DNA of 64,000 bases from Gonapodya sp. JEL0774 (Eukaryota): contig JADIIX010000085.1 in NCBI GenBank assembly GCA_027604505.1, positions 1 to 64,000 of the forward strand. The letters are read 5' to 3'. Both the position numbers and the translations under genes were made by a program. The stretch's first letter is position 1. The number at the start of each line of letters is the position of its first letter. Shown piece by piece: positions 13,885-28,768 of the stretch. The notes below the pieces were generated by a model that did no database searches, was not told where the DNA came from, and was given only the letters and a program-made list of their open reading frames with translations.

Positions 13885-13993
13885 GTCCCTAATTGTCACC
13901 TCTCTTGGAAAGCGCTTTCCACACTCAGTTTCGCATATTTCCCGGAGAATAGCTCGCGTTACCTGCCGACTTTGCTGCTGAATTTTATCACCC

Positions 13994-16900
13994 ATGAAGG
14001 TCCGTTCCACTCTCGTGACTTCTGGAGATTTTCTCTCAACGTTCTTGACGGAATGTCTCTACGGTTTGCTTGCGCCAATCACTCCCGGATTCCTTCCCGA
14101 ACTCTCGCCTTTCCTACCAACTGTGCTTTGGATGGACACCATCGTCACTTGTATCGCAAAACTTGATGGCACGACCTCCGCTGTCTTCTTGATGGGTTCA
14201 TCGCCTCTGCAAACTGTCCCCTTCTCATTCCTCCAACCCCAACATTCTGCACACAACACGTAACTCGTCTGACTGCGTTTCATAGTTTGGGCAGCAACTT
14301 GCAGCCTCTGTTTTTCCGGAATGGAAGGTGCGTCTCCACAACGCCAGGCTTTTGATATGGGTTCGGGCTCCAACATCAAAATCACCTTGTATGCCTCAAC
14401 ATCACACTTGATCTGATCTGCCAACGTACGACAATGAAAATGGATGCCTCAAAGTACTATTACATCGATTATGATCGGTTGAAGAGCCAGCTGAAGAGGG
14501 TGACCTCTGAAGGCAGTATATCAGACGAAGAGGAGCAGAGGTTCGTCGAAACTTTGGAACGCGAGCTCGATAAGGTGGGTGCAGATTGCTTACACCGCCC
14601 AGAACGGAATGGTCGAGTGGAGTCCGTTCCACTGTCCTCCATTCCCACCGTATTGAAAGCAACTCCGGCGAGTAGCATTAAGCCTATTCGCTTATGGGTG
14701 AATAATGATATTGGCGATGTACTCCTGGGCAGCAGATTGACTGGGGACATATAAATATCGGAGATTCGCTATGGAGCATGGGCGCCATTGCCGAGCAGAT
14801 CCTTTGTTCTACAATATCGACTCACTTTCCTGAAAACGAGGAGAGCAAAATCACCGGACTTGGCGGCTTGACATAATCGGCCTTCTTTTGAATTTGAAGT
14901 GTTTCCAGTGATTTTAAAACATTGGTTTACCATTCCTTCTCAGGTCGTCTCCTTCCGTCAGCTCAAGTTTGATGAACTAAAGCGCCGTATTCTGGAGCTT
15001 GAACAAATCGTTGACAAAATGCTTGCAGACAAATCAACCGCTCCGACTGGTGTCGACCCAGAACGCTTTGCGCAGCAGCGTTACGCAACGCAATCTCAGG
15101 AGATGGACAAGATTGCTCGAGAAATTAGTGAACTTAGCAAGTATGCTCGATTAAATTTCACAGGGTTCATAAAGGTGCGTTCGATTGTGCAGGGAGTTCG
15201 AGCCTGCCATATCGGCCCAGACATCAGATCGTCAAACAGGGGAAGAAATGGTTCTGCAAACTAATAACGGATTGACCGGGGGATGATGAGAATGGACGTG
15301 CTAAGTGGTTTCCTCTTCTCTGTTGTGATTTTTGTTTTCCCGTATGCCTGCAGATACTGAAGAAGCACGACAAGGTTTCTGGCGGTCGAAAGCTTCAGCC
15401 CATGTTCCTTATTCGCCTCAACCACAAACCTTTCTTCAAAGTTGACATGGACCCCCTTATCATCCGCCTCTCTAAGCTCTTCGATGCGATTAGACTTGGC
15501 GGCCGGCGAAATGAGGAGCTTGCCAGTATGGGTGGTAAGCAAACGGATTTCGTGCGCAAGACAGTCAAGTATTGGGTGCACCCGGGTGAGTTTTGGTCGT
15601 TTCACTGCTACGTATGATTTTATGCATATATATCGCCGTTACAAGACAACATCACCGACGTGAAGTGTATCATTTTGAAACACCTTCCCGTTCTGGTATT
15701 CCAGGGTTCCACGGAACCCGACCCTGCCATCACCTCCATCTACTTTGATAATGAACAATTTGAACTCTACCTCGGGCGCCTCGAGAAATCGGAGGGTGCG
15801 CAGGCGATTCGCCTTCGCTGGTATGGTCGACCGGATAGAACGACGGAGATTTTTGTGGAGCGCAAAACTCATCACGAGGACTGGACCGGGGAACCTTCAG
15901 TGAAATCCAGGTTCTCGATCAAGGAAGAGCACGTTAACGCATACCTGGCTGGCACTTACGACTACAAAAAGGTAGTTTCTAAACTACGACTCCGTGGATC
16001 TAAATCCGCAAAAGAACTTGATGAAATGGAGAAACTGTCAACGGAGATACAACAAACAGTGAAAGAGAAGTCTCTTGTGCCAATGGTACGAACGTTTTAC
16101 AACAGGACTGCTTTCCAACTGCCAGGCGACGCGAGGGTCCGAATCTCTCTGGACACTGAGCTGGCAATGATTCGGGAAGATGACCTTGATGGGGTTAAGA
16201 GACGAGGATTGAACAACAACTGGAGGAGAACCGACGTCGGAACGGAGTATCCGTTCGATCAAGTTGCGAAGGTGCGTAATCCCAGACTCATCGTTTTCGT
16301 TACTCTGCTGACCTTATTCCCCAATTGTGGGTCAAAGGAGGAAATGGTCAAATTCCCGTACGCCGTCCTCGAGGTCAAACTCCAGACTTTGATGGGTGCG
16401 GAGGCCCCACAATGGATTCGGGATCTTGTTGCTTCCCATCTTGTTGAAGAGGTGGATTTCAATTTTTTGCATTGATCTCGATGAAGATTGTTCATTCTTT
16501 GGTCGCTGAATGTCTAGGTTCCTAAGTTCTCGAAGTTCTGCCATGGCATTGCCACTCTTTTCGACAACAGGGTTTCTCTCCTTCCCTTTTGGTTGCCACA
16601 AATGAACCGAGACATTCGAAAACCTGCTCCTCCGGATTCGCAACTCCCTGAAACTCTGCGTTTGTCATCAGCAATTAAGGTCGCCAACCAAGAAGCGGCT
16701 GTGGTGAAGCGAGCATCTCTTATTCCTGCGCCGGAGGAGATACAAATTGTTGTAGAAGAGATCAGGACGTCCAATGATGACGAGCATGTTGGCGAACGCG
16801 TACCACTCCTTGGTGGTCAACCCAAGAAGCAAGCGTCCCCTGTTGCAAAATTTCTGCAGTTCTTCTCACAACCCGCCAAACTTGAGGTTGCCCCTGAATC

Positions 16901-17314
16901 TAAGCCTTCTAGCGGTGTTGTCGTGAGGGTGGAGCCAAAAGTGTTTTTTGCTAACGAGAGGACTTTCCTGAGTTGGCTGAATTTTGTGAGTCTGCTCGTT
17001 TTACAGTATTTATTAAATCAATACTAACGTCTGGCGTTTGGACTCAGTCCATTACATTGGGAGGCCTTTCGCTCGGACTGCTCAACTTCGGGGACTTCAC
17101 TGCTCGGCTCGCTGGGATCATTTTCACCTTGATTTCGTTGCTTGTCATGATCTATGCCACTGTCATCTTCCGTGCTCGCGCGACGAACATCCGTATGAGA
17201 GGCGCGGGTCCTTACGATGAGGTTTACGGTCCGACCGCAATTGTCGGAGTCCTCGTGGCAGCTAGCTTAGTCAACTTTTGGATGAAAGTGGGGAGTGGAC
17301 AATTTCTTGCATGA
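13994..17314 (+). CDS. VTC4: Vacuolar polyphosphate polymerase Vtc4 (SPX + VTC catalytic + TM domain)
   Basis: Spliced N-terminus [26 protein letters not shown] (SPX); [91 protein letters not shown]. Confidence 0.95.
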
Positions 17315-17577
17315 GAGGTTTTGATTGGGATGCATCTTCCCCATCGTCAGACTTGCACAGTACTGTTGGAGATATAGACGAAATACTTTACAGTTCAAGT
17401 TATCACTCAGTAACTGAATAATGTTTAGTTGCACTGGGTGACTTGTTTTTGATCAGCAATGATATTTTTACCTGGTCAAACTTCAGGTTTCTTCCGGTTC
17501 CGGCGCCCATTGTGACACCGCAGAGGGCGCGGCTCCCCTCGAAAATCCTCGCTCGCTATAACTTCTTTTCTTTATCA

Positions 17578-18760
17578 ATGACAAGTACAGAAACAGGTGC
17601 ACTGGATAATGTTGCTGATCTTCAGAACTCTGGAGGGGCTGACTTGGCGGTACAAATCTACACAAACTCCATAATTCTCTCCAGGTTTGTGATCGTAGAA
17701 CAATTTTCAATGTCATAATCCAGTCAAACGATTGCATGCGTCCAGTGTTGTCGCGCAGATTGTGGTCCTCGTCACATTCCTCCAGGATTGTTCGTTCTAT
17801 CCGATCGCTCTACGAGGACTGAGTCTGGGGAGTTTGTTATGCTCCATTTTCTCTCCAATGGTGGTCTTTGTAGGCTGCAGTGCTGCCTGTCATCCTGCTA
17901 TCTCGTAACTATTTGATACATGCAGTTTTGTTGTTGATTTTTGAGGTCCGACAATTTGTTACATGCGGGCAGGATCAGCTGCCACCTCTACTTTGCCGGG
18001 ATGCTGACAAAGTGGTGCACATACTCACTTCGTGTGTGGGCCTTGTCGAATAAAAACATATTGGTCGCCAGTCTGATGATGATTGGAATCACCTTTTCCT
18101 CGGTATCGTATGAAGGGTTAGTAACCTCAGCCCCACGTGAGATTATTGCACAAAAACAGCTCACCTCCTCTTTCGCGCTTTTACACAGATACTGCCTCAA
18201 TGTTCTTGGAGTTCGGGCCTTGCCAGTTCTATGTGTACCCAAACCAACGCCCCATGGTCGTGTTTTCGCCCCTGTGTCGCAAGCAGTGATCGTTGCACAG
18301 ATGCTCCTCTTCATTATGGTGCACTTGTTTTATTTGTACAAATTCAACGCGCAATCACGTCTCCTACGAGCAAGTGCTCCGCCATTCAGCGGTATACCAC
18401 ACAGCAGGTTGCGGGCTACAATGAAACTTTTTGGGAGTTCTATTGCTCTGATGCTGATAGACGCTCTTCAATTTGCACTACGGCCGTTGGTGCGTAAAAT
18501 GAACTTCCTCTTGGACGAACATGTTAGCTTACGTGGTGTGGAACGGCTCCAAGGTTGAGAAACATGTGACGTACTTGTTCGCGCTCATCTATGGTTCTCA
18601 GATAGTGCACGATCTGTTTTATTGTGAATATCTGGCTTCAGATACACGTTTCTTTTCGTTTATGGCATTGAGATCCACATTATTCTCTGCCAGGTTCTTA
18701 TATGCGAGGGTTCGCCAACGATCTGCGATTGCTCGACGAGGCAAATCGGGCTCCAGCTGA
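17578..18760 (+). CDS. Hypothetical multi-pass membrane protein (intron-containing; exon structure uncertain)
   Basis: Several hydrophobic segments (LYFAGMLTKWCTYSLRVW, ILVASLMMIGITF, VIVAQMLLFIMVHLFYL, LFGSSIALMLIDAL) in exon-like blocks; no family recognised. Confidence 0.45.
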
Positions 18761-18911
18761 ACGAAATCGACTAAGTCGTATTAAGTCTGCTAGGGTGAAT
18801 GCGCCTTCGATACCGTATCCAACACAAGTGTGAATGTGCCAGATACATTGTATGTACAATGTAATCAATTAATTTCCGCTGTACCGAAACTGAAACAGCC
18901 GCGAACGCAAC

Positions 18912-21239
18912 ATGCCAGGGGAAATAGTTGACTCCCCACTCTCTGCAGCTATGACAGAGTTTGTAGCTTGGCTACGGAGGAGCGGATGCATTGGACTAGA
19001 GAATATCGATTGGAGCGAGACTCTCAATTCAGACGGCGTGCTCATCAGGAGCTGCATCGCTGCCCGATCTATATCTCCGCAATCGGAAATTGCATCTATT
19101 CCATCATCCCTTGTCCTCACAGAGCATAGAGCTGCGATTTCACCTCCTGGCCGTGCTGTCGTTTTGTTTCTGGAGTCGAATGAGCATTTGAACAATCCAA
19201 TATCTCTACAGTCGAGGCGCCGCATTTTGCTTCTTCCTTGGCTGGTGTATGAACGTTTCGTTCGCCCAGCTGGAGAATCTCCCTTCTGGGCGTACCTCAA
19301 CATTTTGCCACTTGAGTTTCAGGATCCACTCTGGTGGACAGTCGAGGAGAGAATTCGAGAACTCAATGGAACAAACGTTTTTGCCTATGCTGAAAGCAGG
19401 GATGTTTTATTGAGAAATGATTGGGAGACTGCTCGGTCTGTCTGCGGGACGGTCTTCGAAAGAGATGATGGTACAGACTTGTTGACCTGGTGCGTAGAAT
19501 TCTGCGACGAGCAACTGGAAGTCAAAAGGCATCTAGAGCTGCGTACAGGGTGACATTTAGCCCAATATGCTCCACAGCTTGCAGTTTGCGGGAACCTAAG
19601 GCAAAATAACTCCGAGCAATATCCTCACCCGAAAATTCCTTCTCGATCACAACACAGGCCTCACTTTTTGTGGGCACATTCTGCCCTTTATTCGCGCTGT
19701 TTCCCATCTCGTCACTCTCCCCTGAGGTCGTCAGATGCTGCACCATACACAATGCCATTTGAACAGCTCCCCGTGTTTGATCTGGCCGATCCAGCGAGGG
19801 ATTCTTCTTGCGGGATGGCACTTCTGCCGGGCTTGGATATGCTTGACCACGGAGCTGGCGTGGAGATACAGTGGAGGACGACCGGAGGTTCACGCTCTGA
19901 AGACAGACCGGAAGATGTCCCGAGGGTTTACTTCATATCAGGGTCACGCTCTATTACTGAAGGCTCAACACTTCTAAACAACTATGGGCCTAAAGGAAAC
20001 GAGGAACTGCTGATGGGTTATGGTTTTATCGTCCCAGAGAGTCCAGATGATTATGTTCGAGTCAGAATGAGTGTTCGTGGCGGCAGTAGTGAAGATTCAG
20101 CTGTGCCAGAGGGGTCAAAACTCACGAGACGCCTTCAAATACTCCACCTCCTCGACCCTCCTCGGAGTGAGGATGGCACCACACTGCCCGACGGTGCGGC
20201 TACAGAAAATGCAAATGCTGAAGCCGAGTTACTTGACAGTACATTTCATGCTGTTCGCCCCACTTTTCTTCATCATCTGCGCTCTAAGGACCCTTTACCC
20301 CGCTCCCTTCTCGTGCAAGCTACTGTTTTCACAGCCACCACGTGCGAACTCAGCCTGTTGGAGCTCATCGCGCAGCAAAGGGATCCAAAGAAGGTGGATT
20401 GGGACCCTGTATCTGAACGAGTGACTGCACGGAACATGCTTGCCGCAATTGCGCTTGTGTATAGATTGGTTAGCGGGAAATACAATACACTGCGGAAGGT
20501 GGATGATTCGGCAGGAAAGTGGTGGGCAAGTCAGAGCGAAACCGACGCAAACTCGAGGCGGTGGGTCGGAGAGTTGGGCCGGGGATTGAGACAAGGTGTG
20601 TCCTTTGTTATCTTGTGGCTCAAATCCAATTCAGTCATTCGTGCTTTCTTGACGTCGGATGTGCAAGGTCAAATGGCAATCCTCCACACTTCTCTCACGA
20701 AATGTACTTCCCTCGCTCGGCTTATGGTCGCCTCTGATTTATCCCACTTGATAACTCTACTAACTGCCTTGAGTGACCCAGTGTTTGCCAAGCCTCTCAA
20801 AAGAGTTGCGCAAATGGGCAAAGAGGTGGACGAGACAGAGACTCTATCTGCATATTTGACGTCGACTCCGGAACTGAGGGAGAGAGTGCGGGACTACCGG
20901 TCAGAGATGGGGTTGGATATTCAATTAAATGAAGAAGATGAAAATGCTGCGAGGGAATCGTGGAACGAAGTATGGACCACGGCATTCGTGACGGGAAGGA
21001 AGAAACGAAAGCGCAAGGCCGAGGAGCCGGACCACCCGTCAGATCCTGTGACAAAAGGAACTGCTCCCACAGAGGACGATTTTGTGTCGGCATGGGCGGT
21101 GGTTTTGAATGGCCTCGAAGTGGAGGCACAGTGGTGGGAGCAAGTGAGAAGCGGAAGTGACCTATGGAGTGAGCACCAGGACGAACGAACTGGTGGAGAT
21201 TATGAAACAGGAGATAGTACGCTTGTACTAGTATTATAG
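18912..21239 (+). CDS. SET-domain protein lysine methyltransferase (SETD3/Rkm/Efm1-like)
   Basis: SPFWAYLNILP..PLWW, FLWAHSALYSRCFP, LLPGLDMLDH, LLNNYGPKGNEELLMGYGF; basic cluster RKKRKRK near the C-terminus. Confidence 0.85.
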
Positions 21240-21269
21240 TGATTAATTTATCGAGTGTATGATGGATCA

Positions 21270-22329
21270 TTAGCTCTTCTTCTTATCAGCGCCATTCTGT
21301 TTTACACTGTCCTTCGTTACCACCTTTCCATTTTCAAACGTCTGCGACGGCACGCCAACCAGTCGGTCGCCAAGCTCCCGTGCACCCATGTGCATGTTTC
21401 TCTTCTGTTCGAGACGTTGGGCCTCGGACCTCTTTGCCAAAGACTGGAAGAAGGTGCCTCCAAGATACTCGTAGGCCCTCACAGCAAGGGTGACGGCGAG
21501 GCAAGCCGCGACAGCAAAGTTACCCACGGAAAGGAGGTAAAGTGCGTCGGTTATGGCCAGCGCTTGCTGATCATCCTCTGCGATGGCAGATTCGTAGATG
21601 GCGACATCTGATAGAATGCGCGTTCCCTGCCAAAGTTTGTTCTCCAAGCCATCAGAATCAACCACCTTCAAAACAGCACATCGCCATCCTTACCTCGCGG
21701 ATGTTCTCATTCCAGGATCGATAAGCGACGAACATGCTCGCTGGAGTGAGGATATCAACAGCAGTGTACCTGCCTCAACATCGTTCAGACTAGCAAAACC
21801 TATTTAAACTCACCTATCGCAATCATTTCAGCTAACGTCCTCAGCTCTCTTCGCCAAAAATCAAGAACAAGCAGAACCACAAGGAAAAGGAATGCGAACT
21901 GGGGGATCGATTGAAGCCAGGAGGGAGCTGAGGAAACTTTGGTGTAGTAGTAAATCGTACCGACGCGTTGAATTTCGGAGTCGCGAATGATGTAAGAGTG
22001 CGATTGTCGCCAGATTCTTGAATCGACGGCCAGGTCTGAGAAGAGGGAGCCTAAGAGAACGATAAGTAGGGAAGTTGCCGAATATGATGACAAAAATTGC
22101 GCATTACACGTTAGGCTCACCAAGGAGAAAGCCCAGGAGAGGCAAGATGAACGCGCTGCAATGGAGATATGTGATACCAAATGATTCCGGTATTGCCCGC
22201 GACCTCGACTCACTCTAAATTGATCCATCTCAGCAGGAGCATCCATCTACTCGGAGGGGGCTGTTGGGGTAGCGGTGATGGATCAGGAGCGTTCACTGCT
22301 GAAGGAGTGGGAGCGGGAGGTGAAGACAT
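21270..22329 (-). CDS. Probable Shr3-like ER membrane chaperone for permeases (multi-exon)
   Basis: About four hydrophobic helices with an Shr3-like pattern (LLGSLFSDLAVDSRIW..YYTKVSSAPSWLQ..; ALYLLSVGNFAVAACLAVTL) and a basic C-terminal tail ending DKKKS (ER-retrieval-like). Internal splicing is not fully resolved. Confidence 0.55.
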
Positions 22330-22759
22330 AGCTTTCCGGCTGCCGTGAAACGATTGATTGGAAAGAATATTAATGAGATGGTCGAGACAGCCGACTTTCC
22401 AAGTGCTCTGACAATTACGGGGAATCGAGCTGGGTGAAGAGAGAAGAATGAAATTGGGCCACGTTTTCATCTGGTGTGATCACTAAGGTTAGAGTTGAAT
22501 TGAGCACGTGCTCCTTTGGACATAATTGTCAGGGATCCATCCCAAACCCGACAACCCCATCGAGATTCTCGGGGACGTGTCATTGTCAAGAGAAATGAAC
22601 GAAGAAAACAAGGGAAGTGCAGGCTGAACATGAATGCGTGAGAAGTCACAACGAGGCACTCGACCGCAAAACTCCTTCAACCTAACAGCAAGCGCTGCTA
22701 AGGAAAGGACAAGCACCTTAAAAATGGCAGTGTATTCGAACTACAAAAGCTAAGTAAAT

Positions 22760-24341
<1,582 letters not shown>

Positions 24342-25029
24342 GGCTAGTTTTGGATTGTGAAAGTGAGGAAGAGTTCGAAATGGGTTGAAATAACAGTCGG
24401 AATCCCCACCCACATGGTGGCTCGTGCATGCCATAAACTAAATTAATATTGTTCCCTTCCGAAGTTTGATATATGAACTGTTCTTGACTCACCGACAAGC
24501 TACAAAAAGAACTTCGAGAAATATGCGTTCATTGAAGAGTATTTTCTCCCGCGAGAGACGGGGAAGAGAAGTGGACACTACTTCCGAGACATAAGGGTCG
24601 TCTTGTAGATACGAACTTGAGGAAATGACTGAAAAACTTCTCAGGGCAAACGCTGGAGCAGGACACAGGTAAGTGATTTATTGGGTAGAGCGATATGCAC
24701 TGAGACGGTTTTGTAATGAGTTTTGGAGAGTAGTGGAGACTAGCGGAAAACGAAGGTGCCACGCGACATCTACTATATCCTTACGAGGTCGTTGGTGTCG
24801 AAAAGATGCTTACCAAGCGCCCCGATAGTCGAGAATGTGTGTTTTCTAGTTGGTTGCCGCCCACGGGGTCTGAGCATAGTTTGTCAACTGTCATGACTGT
24901 GATTGGTTTCACCATGATGCAGTCATGGGTGCTTGAGCCATCCGAAACCATGTGATTATTCCTTGATTCCCGCCGCCCGCACCTCCCTGATCCCATTCAT
25001 ATAAAAGGAACGATACTTGTGCAACAAGG

Positions 25030-26653
25030 ATGACTTCGAGCTCACGGAAGTACGATATCGTTCTCTACGGCATCACAGGGTATACGGGTGGAACTACCGC
25101 GCGCTACCTTTTGGAACATGCGCCTCCTTCGCTCCGGTTGGCCGTCGCCGGCAGATCAAAAGAGAAGGTGGAAGCCGCTTTGCACCGGGCTCTGGATGAC
25201 TCTGAGAGGTGGAAAAGGGAACAGATTGGTGTAATAGTTGCTGACGCGTCGAGTAAGGTGCGTTTCAATTGCATGAAAGCGATCTGCATCGTCACCGTTT
25301 GCGATCTCATCTGACCATGCATGTGTCGCGCAATTACAGGAATCCATAGATTCTATGGTTTCTCAAACTCGAGTCATCATAGCGAGGTCTGGTTTTTATT
25401 GGATGGTTGATTTATGCAAACGCTGACCTCATCGTCATGATCACTCAGCGTCGGGCCTTACGATATCCACGGAACTCCTGTTGTTGATGCTTGTGTTCGT
25501 TTCAGAACGGATTATGTTGATATTACCGTTGGTTCGACCCGTTCAAACTCTTGCAGATGTGAAGTCTCAATGGAAGTGAAATTTGACAGGGAGAATCTAT
25601 ATGGGTACGCAAGATGATCGATTGCTACCACGAGCCAGCCAAACAGAAGGGAATTATAATCGTACCAGCATGTGGTTTCGACTCGGTTCCGAGGTTTGAC
25701 CGCGCCTCACGATTCCACGCACTAGCTCATAACTAATGCGGCTTTTTTCATTCAGTGACCTGATAACTTACATTGCTGCTGGTGCTTGCGGAACCGACGT
25801 GGTTTCCGTGAACGTTACTCTGGCCTCCATTTCTGGGGGTGTTTCTCGGGGAACACTGGACTCCATCGCGGGGATCGTATCGACACCAATTTCCACCCTG
25901 CTTTCTTTTGTGGCGAACCCGTTCTATTTGAACCCTGCTGGAAGTATGTACTCGCTAAGCGCAATTGGCGGGCTCAGATCACTGAACACCGTTCTTGTAC
26001 AGTAATTCCCGGGAACAAAGACAGGCCATTTCCTCTACCGTTGCTCTACTATAACAATGATTTCAAAACCTGGCAAGTTCCTTTTGTTATGGCTGTTGCA
26101 AGTGGGTTATTCGGGGCAAGCCATGTCTCAACTCGCACTAATTTCTTCCCGCGGTGTTTCGCGATGTTCAGATGGCCCTGTTGTCAGAAGGACACACGCT
26201 CTGTTAGGCTACCCTTTTGGCCGCTTCGCATACGTGGAGACTCAGTCGGTACCTAATATTTTGGTTGCTCTCATCACCCTGTACTTCGCCTGGTGGGCCA
26301 GCGTTCTGTTCGCCATTCCTCCAGTTCTGTGGTTTTGCCAGCGCTTCCTCTTCCCTGCACCTGGTACCGGTCGCACCACTGGTGTCCAGGGTAGTGGGCA
26401 CGTGGAGCTCAAAGCAACCGCCACCAATTCGACCGGGAAGAAGGTTCATGCTACGTTCTACGGCCCATCGGACCCGGGGTACGCCGAAACACCAAAGTAT
26501 GTGGCCGAGTGCGCACTTGCATTGGTGACTCAAAGGAACGAGCTTCCTGGAGCTGCGAACCTTGGTGGGGGAGTGCTAACACCAGCGTCCGCTTTTGGCG
26601 ACGTTTTGGTGAACAGATTGAAGGCGGCGGGGAACACGATCGTTGTGGAGTAG
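25030..26653 (+). CDS. Saccharopine dehydrogenase-like oxidoreductase (SCCPDH/trans-enoyl reductase family)
   Basis: KYDIVLYGITGYTG, AVAGRS, VGPY, DYVDITGE, CGFDSVPSD, DPGYAETPKYVAECAL, GGVLTPASAFGDVLVNRL. Confidence 0.9.
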
Positions 26654-26753
26654 TATGCATGCATTACAGTGGTGACAAAATTGCAAATCACATACAATAA
26701 TTCTTTCTGCAACTTTCATGAATAAATGTTTGTAAGAACCGAGAATTCGACCG

Positions 26754-28366
26754 TCAACCGGACAGAGGGGTTTTGGGGACCATCGATATACCCCCCGCAG
26801 TCCATTGCACACTAATGCCACGCGAGTCCGCTTCAGCCAAGTCCTCCTTGTTTCCCGTACAAGTCCGATCCACTTTTGGCAGTGACCCAACGACACACTC
26901 CCAATCAGTCGCCACCCCAACAACCCTTCCCACTACAATTACGCTCTGATTTGTCACTGCTGGTACAGTAGCTTCCACCATATCAGCAATGTCGGCAAGA
27001 GTTCCCCTGACCACCCTCTGGTGTGGAGTTGTCGCACGTTCTACAAGAGCAACAGGTGTCTCTACTGGCCATGCGTCGTCCCTTCTCTTAATCAATCCCC
27101 GAACTACCGCACGAATCTCCTTCACACCCATCATGACGACCACGGTGCGGCCCCCGGCGGCGTATCCTGGCATTGCCGCATTCGAAACGCCATGCGAGCC
27201 GCTCTCAATCTTAGCAGTAACTACGCAAACCTCCCTAGCGACCCCACGATGTGTCACGGGGATCCCCGCGGCGGCCGCACCAGCCAGAGCAGATGACACG
27301 CCTGGAATCACCTGGACGGGGACAGGCGAAAACGGTGGGTATGCGGAATCATGACCGGGTGTCCCTGACTCAGGGTTCCCGCGAGTAAAGAAGTGAGCTT
27401 CTTCTAGACCACGGCCGAAGACAAAAGGGTCACCTCCTTTAAGGCGAACAACTCGGCGGGAGAGCGTGAGGTGGTGAAGAGAGAGCGAATTGAGGTCGCT
27501 TTGTACGGCATGTTGCTTCCCGCATGTTTTACTGGCGATGTGAAGGGGGACATGGGCAGGAATAAGCCTGCGCAGTTCCTGGAATGTGGTCGGAAAGAAA
27601 AGTACCCAGTGTGAAAAGTCACAAACTGTATTTGAACGAGAGCAGGACACACCTCGCTGACCAAACCGTCGCATATCACCGCTTCAGCTTCTTGTAGAGC
27701 TTTGTGCGCCGCGAGTGTCAGAAGCGCTGGGTCTCCGGGTCCTGCGCCAACGAGTATGACACAAGGACCGGGCAAAGGCGGTGCTAACAAAGAATCAGGG
27801 AGAGGAGTAACAGGTGATAGCGATGTGGTTGGTGAAGTCATTGACGCTGTCAGTAGTGGAGGGGAGATTTCGCGAGAATTCGGTTGGAAAAGTGATGGAG
27901 AGGATGGTGCATTGACGGAGCAGGTGGGAGACTCTGGTATGGAGGTAGAATCTGAGTAAGATTCATTTAAGTCCAGTGCAAGTCGCCTGGGAGCAGGGTG
28001 TCGAAGGCGGAGCGGGATCTTGATATCTTTGATTGACCCGGCGGAATGCGGTCGCTTCAACATATCCCTGACTCCACTGACTGCCTCTCCCAAATCGACT
28101 TCGATCTCTCTTTCTACCGATTCTGCTAGTGTTCGGACAAGAGTCAGGCTGATGGGCTCCATCTGACGAAACGATGTCAGTACCAGTTGTTCCAGTGCTT
28201 TCCGTGGGAGAAGTTCCACCATCCGCTGAAAATCCTCGGCTGATTCACGGTGAGAAGATTCCATGTCTTGAAAAGAAACTGGTGTAGCTGGTGGTGAAAT
28301 CACTGGTAGATGATGCGCGCTGTCTCCATTGCACGACATCAAACCAGCCGAATCGTTTGCCACCAT
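26754..28366 (-). CDS. MET1: Uroporphyrinogen-III C-methyltransferase (SUMT, Met1/CobA-type) with a long unrecognised N-terminal extension
   Basis: ILVGAGPGDPALLTL, VVRLKGGDPFVFGRGLEE, VIPGVSSA, GIPVTHRG, VVMMGV, PVALVERAT; one intron near 27600-27650. Confidence 0.85.
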
Positions 28367-28768
28367 TATTGAGCTGTATGGTCAGTTCTCCAGATCAGGT
28401 GACCTTGAAAAATGTCCGTTTTCGAAGCGCTCTTTCAATCAAATCGAAGTCTTGAAAAATTGTTCTTCCCTCGGAGAAATTTTTTGAGGAGATCGCGCGA
28501 TTTTGGTGACAGCGCCACAGCACAGGTCGGTGGCGTGTGCCCTACTTCCCTTGTCCTCGATGTCATCTGGAGCTGCACTTCTCGATTTCTTTCGTGTTTC
28601 TTCAGGCTCTTTTCTTTATCATGAATTCCGTCCGAAGTCGTTCGCAATGGCACTCGTTCAAATATCAGAGTCTGCCTGGGAATTTATTTACATATGTGCA
28701 CGTGCTACTCTGAAAGCGCGATAGATAAAAGTCACGGAGGTCAACCAACATCCAATGATCTGGTCGAA

